Positions 53,537 through 64,000 of a DNA stretch of 64,000 nt are shown in pieces (position 1 is the stretch's first letter; the number at the start of each line of letters is the position of its first letter). The translations under genes were made by a program, and so were the position numbers. Source of the stretch: Bigelowiella natans CCMP2755 (lineage: Eukaryota; Protista; Cercozoa); NCBI GenBank assembly GCA_000320545.1, contig ADNK01002757.1, positions 50,012 to 114,011 on the forward strand, written 5' to 3'. The notes beneath the pieces are model-generated. The model made no database searches and was not told the origin of the DNA. It was given only the letters and a program-made list of their open reading frames with translations.

Positions 53537-56500
53537 TCAGGTGGTATCATAAAACTTGTCGCTTTGTAACTTACACGAAATCGATTGCCAAATTCGGGCT
53601 GCTATGTGGCTCTCCCACAAGAAAGTCATAGAACGAAACCGTTTCACTGAGAAAACAGCGTACATTCATGTTTATCCCGCATGTGTGTGTTCTCTTAATA
53701 ATGTAATGTGTTTGTTCAGAGAAGATAGAGCAAAATAATTATTTTGGCCAAAATAAAAGCTGAACAAGAAGTTCTTAGATGTGAAAAGTGTGTCAGTAAT
53801 ATGTATTTCCAAACCAACCCGTCCTGATTTTGGTAGCATCCATCTTCTCCGGTCAGATCTGGATTATCCCGACAGATCTGTGGAATGCTGGTCGCCACGG
53901 AGTATCTAGAAAACACACGATTCAGCAGGGATGGGCAAAAAAGAATTTAATATACCCCTGAAGTAGTTCAATGTTGCTGGCTGCTCGTCCTAACCACAGG
54001 GTGTAACACCATGCACCCTGATACATCAGAAGGTTTACATGTCTTAAAAATTTATTAACTGCATAGCCCATTATTTCTGCTTAAGATGACTTACGATGTT
54101 CCCGAGCAGATCTATGAAACCCTCAAACATGGTCAGTACTGAGATGAAAATTAGTCGTAAATGTATCACAACTTTTGATTTCTGTTTCTCCTTTGATGAA
54201 TTACGAGTTGATTACCTATGCTCATGATGACTCCAGCTATGGTGGCATTTCCCATCTCTAAGATTCCAATGGCCATAATATAGCTAAGCCCATGCATTAC
54301 AAATACGGACATTGTCCTGCAGAAATAGAAGATTTGATCATTTATAATTTTGACATATGTAGTAGTTTCACCATAAAAGCCAGTACAGCAGAAATGGTCC
54401 TCGCAAAGGGACCATGAGCTGTACTATGGACGTATAGACTAACGATGAGATCCAAACAGTGACCATATCGCACGTAAGCTCTCCGAAAAAGTAGGCCGAA
54501 GGAGATGCCTGAATTGTTTGCGCATTTTTTTTGGATGAAAAGATACTGTTTTACTCATCATCTCATCCTTACCCCAGCGCTTGCATCCCGCCAGAACAAA
54601 AGTTTGCGCTGCCCAGCGAAAGTTACTGTTCCAGTGGAGACAGCTACGATTCCCAATGCCATCGCATTATAAAAGCCGAATCTTATTTAAAATAACTGTT
54701 TTTAATACTGGTTTGTCACAAGAATCCGACATTCAAAAGTCGATAGCTAAAATGCAGAGTGACGGCACGACACTCACTGACCTTCTTGCTGCTACGAAGT
54801 CGTTCGGAAAGAAGCATTGGGAATCCGAATTCCCTTACAATAGTAAAAGTGTTTGAAACAACCGGCTACTACTACTTTAAATTAGAATTTCAGTTTACCG
54901 GGACAATTCCTTCCGTAAAGAACACTAGGAGTAACACCGAGAAGCTTCATGTTATTTACAGTAATGTTAGATAAAAAAGTGAGATGATACAGTTAATATT
55001 AAATCTGTGCTGGGAGAAACGGTTATACTCACGAACCAAAACATCGTTAAATATCATCCCAATGATGAGCCCTGCCACAAGATATGCCGTTGCGTCGACT
55101 ATATCGGAGTTAATCGAAAAACAAATGCTGTGAAACTATGATCCATATTATTTGGACGCATGAAGATAATCGATCACTTTGATCACCTGCAATCCTATTG
55201 GTTCTGAGGAATCGAAGGTACATTCCCCTTTCAAAATAGCTTACGTACTGACTGAACACCAAGACCGAATTCAACTTTTTGTGCTGAATGAAATAGTGAC
55301 ATAATTACACATGGCATGATCAAAATGGTGTAAAGAGCAAAGGGACTGAAATCATGACCTCGGCCACGGCCACATCAGTTTCCTTTACTTCCTCGTGATC
55401 AATCGAAGATTTTTTAAGCCTTTTTCGTCGATAAGACACATCAGAGTAGCAATTCTATGAGTGTGTCTGGTGCTTTTGATTAGAATAAGCATTTTTGCAT
55501 AACATGATGGTAAAAATAAAAGATGCAAATGAAATCGACCTGACAGCAGTGACATGTAAAAATAAAAGATGCAAATGAAATCGACCTGAACGCGGTGACT
55601 ATGTTTGCAACGTTTAACTGTTGAGTTTTCTCGTCTTGCTCATATCTACAATATAGTGTGGAATATCTCAATGATGAATACGATCAATCGAGCAAGCTGC
55701 CAGAGACAAAAGCAAATATAAGATATAACATTAAATTTCCATTCTTGAGCTTCCCAGGTGATTGAACACCAGAAACGACGTCCTGACATATGATTCTGCA
55801 TGAACTTAATTGAAAACCAGCCCAATAAGTTTTGGGACATACGCTAAAAAAATCGGGATAGTCCACATTAGACGGTACACAATATCCCATGCGAACAAAG
55901 TGTTTCATAGCATCAACTGCCTGCCCATGCCTAAGTTGGCTTCACTTAACGACTCACAATAATGAACAAATGTTTCCTAACCATGCCACACGTCCTCCTT
56001 TTGCCAGCAGAAGAAGATTATCAAATCTGTCCACTGCATATCACATTCATAAATTAAAATGGTCGGCTTAAGAATTTATAATCACAATTAACCGATGAGA
56101 GGTCGAGGCTGATGAATCACTGCACATACTGTGATTTGGTTCGTTTTCGCAAGTTTGTGTAAAATTTCCGCCACCTACGAGAACAAAGTTAATTACACTC
56201 AAAATCAGTGTTGATTAGTTCCATTGTGAAACTGATATATTCAACTTTATTTGAACACCTTTAGAGCAGCTGTAGCGTCAAGCCCAGTCGTCGGTTCGTC
56301 AAGGAACAGTGCTGACGGTCCACCAACGAGTTCTAAATTAAAAGAGACAATAGAACCTTGTTATCCGAAAGCATCATGATATTGATGAAGCTTCATCAAT
56401 CATTTTAACCTATTCCAATATTAACTCGCTTCTTTTCACCCCCGGAGACTCCACGAATAAATTCATCTCCGATAATACTATCGCGCACGTCCCAAAGTCC

Positions 56501-58718
56501 GAGAATTTTAAGAGTTTTTTGGACGACGACCTCGCGCTCTTCTCTTGGTTTTGCGAGTTTAAGGTTTGCAGAAAATAAGAGAGCTTCGCGAACACGAAGT
56601 CTACTATCCACTGTGGATATAATTAGATAAGATTGATGACAGGACACGTGAAAAAACCACCCTCAAATTTCACACCCAGTCTGCATAAATAACAAAATTC
56701 AAACTCAACCGATATCTTGCTGTGGAACAAATCCAATCTGTCTTCGAAAGTCAGTCAGCTTGGCGGGTCGTCCATTCACTTTGATATTTCCAGATGTAGC
56801 TGATAATTTCCCACACAGAACGTTGAGGAAGGTGGATTTGCCACTCCCGGATGGTCCCATGACACCTAGTTGTGTCATCACAAAGACTAAGAATACTTCG
56901 TCAAAACTTTTTTTGCTATACCGGTTAATGTTCCAACTTCCATCCTTCCGGATACAGACTTTAGACGCGTAATAAGTCCGTCTGAATCGATTCTCAAAGT
57001 TGCATTTTGAGAACCTGCAGCGCAAACTCCGAAACAGCATCCTTTTGGCGGAGCATGACGTAAACCAACGTTTTCAAAATTGATGGATAACTTTTCCTTT
57101 CCTCCCTCCACTAGGTGATCAGATAAGATATCCATGTTGATGGCGGCCAGCTCAATAGCTTCAAGTGGCCTTGATTCATCTAAGTTTAGACCTCTTTGCT
57201 GCCTCTCACTATGCGCTGCCGGAGAGTTTAAACCAGTGCTATTTTTAAATTCGCTGGAAGCTCCAACACCTTGCCCACTTAATGTGGTTTTTCTTTGAAC
57301 GTTTTTGTCTACTCCATACTCATCAATTTTTCGCCGATTCACCTCAACCTTCTCGTTGCTTACCTTAATTTCACGGGCACGTTCATTCACTTTCAGGAGT
57401 GCTTCTGTCCTCCGTGTATAAAATAAGAACGTGGTCCAGCCTACCAGAAGAGATAGGCATACAAAGAGAAACGGCAGGTATTCGAAGTGCCTTTTTGAGC
57501 CCGCTGGGCATATTGAACCAGAGGGACATTTTATGGGCTGCGAGGATCCCTCAGGACAGTATGATCCTTTTGGGCACTGTATTGAACCACCAGCAAAGTC
57601 TGGACAATACGAACCTGCTGGACAATTTACCGGAAATGTGTTTGCTTTGCAAAGATATCCAGGGGGGCATGGGATGGCTCCACACTGACACTGTGGGAGA
57701 AAAGGGACGTCTGACATAAATCCTGGTGTAACGGCATTGGTGAGATCTAATCCTGCACATCGAATATCGAGTTGAAAGCGAAGAAAGACAAGAAGACTAA
57801 GATCTGAAGTCAGAGGGTCGACTGGGGTTTTAGGAGTTGAACAAAGCCCTGGTGTTATAGTCACATTGAAAGCTAAAGCTTCCAAAAGCTCCTGAAAAGT
57901 ATCCGTAGTTATAAATTAGGCGCATGTAAATTGTGTCCATACAGTGGGACCTGACAACTTCTTCGATTTCCAGAAGGATTTGGACTGCATAAAGGGCATG
58001 CTGAAGTGTCCTATCAATGCGTGTGGACAAATCTTTGACTACAATGCACGTTTATTCAGGCAATTACTCTGCAAAACGTTATTACAGTGTTGTCCGCAAG
58101 AGAAATGCCTGTTGCAACATTTGGATCTGTAGTTTCCTGGAAGCATATTTGCAACCCGTTTGCACCAATGCACTCCGTCTGTGTGGGACTATGAATCATA
58201 GCATTGCTTATGAATACAAGTTCTTAGAATTTGCCCATATGAAAGCTACCTGAATCCTAAATCGTTTGTCTCGTTGAACATTTGCAACCTGTCATGAGAA
58301 TTCAATGTGATTTGAGACATTGTAGGCATTGTAATTAAGATTGTTAATTTTGTACAGCTCGTTTGCACAAATTGTTCCAGAAGCATTTAAAGGGAGGAGA
58401 AAGTTTCTTGCCTTCACAATTGGAGCATGAGGAATTCACATCAGTTGTTTTACAAGATGCATTCATTCATATGACGTAAAGCAACATACGCAATTGTAAA
58501 CACGCATTGAACTTTCTCAAGATACATGTACATTACTTGCTCCCTGCATTGTGCCGAAATTTGAGAATCAATCGCAAGAGAGTTTACTGGGGGGATTTTG
58601 GTCATGGCCTGTGTGAATCAAAGCATGCATCATCACAGCACATGAACAAGAACATCAGCATCATTAAATGTTGAACCAGAAGCAAAGGCAGACATTCCAA
58701 GAAAGATAGCGATGTCAT
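53537..58718 (-). CDS. ABCG (White-type) half-transporter with signal peptide and Cys-rich CPxGxYCP extracellular repeats, multi-exon
   Basis: CPPGYLC, CPAGSYCP, CPKGSYCP, then a TM segment. Walker A GPSGSGKST, GFVPQQD, signature [30 protein letters not shown], and TM-domain exons (RFGFYNAMALG..., GLSYIMAIG). Ends approximate. Confidence 0.9.
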
Positions 58719-58947
58719 TAGCGCGGTCAATCGAAGGCTGAAGTTGATTGGGAAACAAGCACGACGGAACCTAGGCACAGGCACCAGACAAGGCCTGCAC
58801 TAAGTTATACTTCTTTGGCTGGAATATTATTTCATGTTGGAAACAAATAAATGCGGTTTATCACTTGCGACAAGATAATTCCTCACCTATCAACTCGAAC
58901 ACAGCCTCTTTAACAACTCTGATTCGAACCAAAACTTGAAACAAAAA

Positions 58948-61900
58948 ATGGTGGCTCTGTTCCTAAACCTTCTTGTGTTCGGCGGTCTTTCAACAGCACT
59001 GGATGTCAACTCTACTCTTCAAAACTATTGTAGGAAAGTTATGTGCTCTTTTGTGCATAATGTTTAAAATGGATGTTTTTAGATTCTTCTTATACATGTC
59101 CTCAAGGTTTTGACTGCTGGAATCAGGTATGAACTGCTGCAACATCGATAGATTTGAGCTTTTATGTTGATAACATCAATTAGAATTCATGTCCTTCACC
59201 GATTGCGGCATGTCCTGCTGGCTATTTCTGCAACGATCCTGGACTATTTGTACGTTTTAAATGAGAGATTTTCAAATTGGTGAAATGGTAACGAACAACA
59301 CATGTCAGGCCTCCATTGCCCCGGACAACGACTACGAATTTGAGAGAGACACGTAATACATTTTGCGCTGATGGAATAAAAACCTTCAATTATGATTTCC
59401 TTAAATTTAAGATGGTGTCCAGGGGCATTGCACTGTCCATCGACTTCAGAAGCTTTCATGTGCCCAGAGGATAGATACTGTGACCAGGGATCGCAGGGTA
59501 TTGATTGCAAAAATGTTGCTTCGCAGGGATACTACATTTACTTCTAATTACTTTGAACACATACATACACATTCAGTTGGAACAAAGTGCGATCCAGCCG
59601 CCATTTGCCCTGAGGGTTCTCTAGCCCAGGTGCATTAGGATTAGATTATGAACTAAATGTCGTTATTCGATTTCCCATTTTTTACAAGGCTAGATTCTTG
59701 CCAACCATAGTCATGGTCGTCATAGTGACAGGGGTCTTCTTTGTGAGGTCGTCGCTACAAGTGTTATTCGACATTATAAATTGGTGTTCATAAATTAACT
59801 TTACCCGATCATTACATGTGCAGTTACGCAGACCCTGGATTCAAAGGCAATGAAGGAATGCAAAAAATACCTCGTTCACCAGCGATAAATGCAGCTGCAA
59901 AATTCAGTCACATCAACTTTCGGACAAAAAATTTGGCTGTGATACTGCCGAATGGGAAACGCATTCTTCACCCAATCTCGTAAGTGCTTCAAGACATTTA
60001 TTTCATCGAAGCTTGATGATGATCTGAACACTGTTATACACAAAAGCGTAAAATTCAATGCTGGTGAGCTTATTGCCATCATGGGGCCTTCGGGAGCTGG
60101 GAAAACTACGGTGATGCTTGCAATCTACATAGGCATAAATTTAGGGATGAATAAAACCTTGTTTGAAGGTTATGCGAGCTCTGATGACCAACGAACACGA
60201 AGGAGACCTGTGGATCAACAACATTTCGGCTTCTAAAATCCCTTATCAATCACTAATTGGTTTTGTGCCGCAAGGTATAAACTACTTTTTTGTAAGACAT
60301 AAAAAGCTGATGATTGTGTCGAAATAGTTGATGTGTTGAAATATTGTATCAGACGATATCGTGGATTCTACTCTTACCCCGAGGGAAATTCTGATGTATT
60401 CAGCATTTACTCGTTTACCAAAAACATTAAGCTTTGAAGAAATTACAGCTAGGGTGGACGAGGTTCTGAAGCTTTTAGGGTTAAGGCATGTTCAAAATAC
60501 CCGCGTTGGAGATAAGGTCATATGAAAGTTCAACATCGATGGTCACATCAGAATTTTAAATGTTTTATTAAATAATTGCAATTACAACTTCCAACCCTAT
60601 TAGGTGAGTCGTGGTCTTTCTGGTGGAGAAAAGAAACGCGTCTCGATAGGGATAGAACTCATTGCAAATCCATCTGCTCTGTTTCTAGACGAGCCTACCT
60701 CTGGATTAGATGCAAGTAATTTTGCAAGAGAACAAATACATGATTCGAGTTCAATTTGAAATTTTTGGTTAAACTGCGACTTCCACAATTTAGGTAGTGC
60801 AGAAAGACTCGCCACAACTCTTTCGGAGGTTGCTTCGACTGGCCGTTGTGTAGTTGCCGTCATCCACCAGCCTCGATATGATTCGTATCGGAAGTTTAAC
60901 AAACTGTTATTGCTTGGTCGTGGTGGTCATGCAGTATATTTTGGACCATCGGAGGGCGTTGGAAAGTGAGATATGACCCTTCCATTGCAATGAAAATCTC
61001 AATAACTCTGTTTATTAGCAACACCGCTACCCGTAGATGCTGACCCACATGACTGTTCACATCACGACCTCGTCACTTATCATGTTTTAAATGCTTTTCA
61101 TGCCATCCTTCATTTGCACTAGCGTTCTACAACTTACCAATATTGGAACAATTTTTGTCCATGTCATCATTGTAATATTCTCTACCATCGACAACCCAAA
61201 AAAAATATACAATGTCTATCTAGTCATTTGTTACATCCTTTTAGCTAAGTAGTTGTCACATTATGGACATTAGGTACTTTGCTGGTCTCGATCCTGAACT
61301 TACTTGCCCCCCGCAAACAAATGTTGCAAATCATGTCCTTGACATTGTATCCGGTGGGTTTTGCGATCTATTGGCAAGCCTCCATCACATTAAATTGATT
61401 TAAGGGTCACAAATTGAGGGAGGAAATTTGTACAAACCAGGCATTTTTGATAAAGGAAGAAACAGAAATGCCGCTGATAGGCGCTCGACGTTGGTAGTTG
61501 ATGGCGTTTCAGAAATAAAATCCCAGGAAGAAAGGTCCCCCAGTGATGGAAAAGAGGTTATTCTTGGGAAGTCTCCTGGTGAGGCCTTTCCAAATGTCTA
61601 ACAAAAAGGGGTTCATGTTGGCCTATCCACAGGCCCTCATACAGCAAAATCTGATTCAAAAAGCAATGATTGCAATGGCGGCATGGAGGCAGGGGTTCAC
61701 AATGTCAAGGATGGAGATTCTGAGGAAGGAGGCACAGTTTCAAAAAATAAATCCAAAATATTCGCGAAAGATTTTCCAGCGATATGGAACATGAAGTTAG
61801 AAACTAATTCACACAGCATGCAACATTCTCATATTTTACAAATTTGACATTTTGCAGTCCTATTTGATGCACATCTTCATTCAGGCAAGAGAGCAAGGTT

Positions 61901-63320
61901 GAGGATGAGAAGGGAGCTGGGAGACATGTAGAAAGTAATGATGATGTGCATTGAAGAATATCCCTGAACAATTTTTTTAAGCGAAGAAAAGTATGAAACG
62001 CATTTCCACAAGCTACATTCGAACCTGGAACGCAATGATGGTAGGAGTCCTCTAGAACTAACTTGTGTGCCTCACACACATTGCAATGACACACTGCTTC
62101 GTGAAAGATGAGGGCTGCCCTGATGGAGTTGAGGAATCTGTCCTCCATTAAACTCTACATTTTTCTCAACATTTTGCTATCGCTTGTGCTGTCTGTCGCA
62201 TTTTCCCCTTATCTTCAAGGAAGGTAACAACGTCCATGGTGCACAATTTTGTCAACATTCACAGCACAAATCCATTTTCAGATGCACATGGGAACCAGCC
62301 CTTCCACAGTCTTTAGTTCCATACTGTCCAAATTTTGTGGGTAAATGATTCATGCTCATTCATCAATGTTTTGTTCTGGTTTAGATTTCGTTTTACACTT
62401 TCAGATTGCAACCCATCGCGCCGTGGTGCAGGCATCGAGCAGTTGATGTTTTTCATGAACTTAGCAGTCCCTGCCACCAGCGTTGTGGTGGGAGTTGGAT
62501 TGTTCTCCGGCGACATTTTGTTTCTCAAGCGTGAGGGTTCTGCAGGTACATTTTTTGCAAGAATTCCAACCTCCACGAAAGAAAATTGAATCTAGTTTCA
62601 GGAGTTCCAGTCTGGCTTCAAGCAATTTCAAAAATGCTCGTGAACATGGTTCCCATGATCACATACAATGCCGTGTTCACAGCATGCTGGATTCTTCTTG
62701 GACATAGTGGTAAATCTCCCTCATTCAATTGCCATTCCAGAATTTGATGAGGGGATCTAAAATCATCCTCGTGTCACATGTTTTTAGGTTCTACTAATGG
62801 ATGGTTCAGCCTTTTCATTGCACTTGGATTTGCAAGTTCTGGTGTTGGATGCGCAATTTCCTTGGCTGTGTCTCGACAAAATTTGCATCTTGTCTCTTTG
62901 ATCGTGTGTTTCATTTTCGCGGCATTCAGTGGCATTTACCCTCGACTTGACTCTGTTGGAGATGCTGAATGGATTTGGGATCTTTCATTCGCAAGATGGT
63001 CATCGGAGGCAGCGTACTCTCATTCACTTCTTACCTCAATTTCTTTTCATTCTGCATTTTGTGTGACCCATTGTGTCCATTGCCACAGGTTCACTTTGTG
63101 CACTGAGCATTATGCGGATGAAGGTCTTGATGTCTCTAGGCCTGCAGCTGAGCAAATGGGCTACACTTTGGGTAGATTTGAGCATGACATTGGAGCTTTG
63201 TGGGCACTTGGATTTGCCGGACGCATCATTGGCATGATTTCGCTTGTTCGGGTTGCACAACCCGCTGCAAAGAGGTTGGAACATGAATTTGTGATCAAAA
63301 TTAGGAGCATGTTGGGATGA
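58948..63320 (+). CDS. Second ABCG half-transporter with signal peptide and Cys-rich repeats, multi-exon, divergent from the first
   Basis: [17 protein letters not shown] signal peptide, [29 protein letters not shown]|[35 protein letters not shown] and C-terminal GYTLGRF...GRIIG. Confidence 0.92.
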
Positions 63321-63990
63321 TCAAACACGCAATCTGAATGAAAGCACCGATGTGTTCCGCGCAAATTTCAAACACTACGATGTGAGCTTGATCGATGATG
63401 TTGCTCAACGTGCGGTGTGCAAACCACAATGATGATCAGATTGACGCATGTGTTCACAGCTGACAACAGCAGGGGCGGCCAACTGCGTTTTGTGCGTGCA
63501 GTGCGGCGCTGCTGCATCACGCAAAGCTCAGTTTTCATTTCACAGTCCAAATCAAAAACATTGCTTCGACATCCGACACACCTTGCCCAAACAGTGCAAC
63601 ATTGGGCCATGTGACGAGCGGGGCCATGACACGTGCGCACACGTGGCCAGGAGCAACGCACTGTGGCGCTCAGTTTGCACGCCACGGCCGGACAGGCAAA
63701 GCGACGTCCGTTGTGTGCGTGACTCGCGACAGAGAACGTCCCAGGACGTCTCACGGCACGTGTGTCGCACGTGCCAGTGGGGAACGGTTCAACCGCGCAG
63801 CTCGCTGCTCTTTGTGTTCTCAAAATGTTCCTTCGTTCATCCTCGGACTGCCCGCACGCTCGGACAAGTCCAGCAACGTTCTGCACATCGCTGCGTTCGT
63901 GCAGCGCGACAAAGGCATCGGGACGACGCACAGTGAAACCAACGCACAATCGCATTGCAAGTTGAGAAGCTTTCTCGGAGCCGCATGAGC
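63321..63990. other. Island 5: TpA-depleted region downstream of the ABCG gene, probably continuing past the window
   Basis: 1 TA (63376) counted in 63321-63990. Rich in CA, TG and CG. Confidence 0.85.
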
Positions 63991-64000
63991 ATAGGGTTAG

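Noticed and set aside
58921-58930. GGTTCGAATC (minus strand) as a tRNA T-loop or B-box
   Set aside because: No T-stem pairing or cloverleaf around it; an isolated match just upstream of the ABCG start.

Overview
Eukaryotic nuclear DNA from an intron-rich alga with a secondary plastid. Bipartite signal+transit presequences on an LHC, an AI-2E transporter and probably a signal peptidase, plus microsatellite-filled introns, suggest a chlorarachniophyte (inference). About 13 protein genes are present: atypical Rho-like GTPase, LHCX/LI818-like antenna protein, AI-2E transporter, guanosine deaminase, beta-tubulin, NAA50, putative glycosyltransferase, multi-C2H2 zinc-finger protein, signal peptidase I, a hypothetical gene, Oca6-like PFA-DSP phosphatase, and two head-to-head ABCG transporters. 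There is also a U6 snRNA wedged between (TA)n tracts. The most striking signal is not a gene. Islands of 0.7-3.6 kb of decayed repeat/transposon DNA have lost almost every TpA dinucleotide (7 in 3.3 kb at 10951-14250 by eye), and the survivors are nearly all in CTAG. Three copies of one terminal repeat show TA, TG and CA at the same site. The effect leaks into the 3' half of an adjacent ABCG gene, where introns keep TA mainly at splice signals and a Tyr aligns to Cys. This looks like a repeat-targeted TpA->TpG/CpA hypermutation system, opposite in direction to fungal RIP. All exon models and counts were made by eye.
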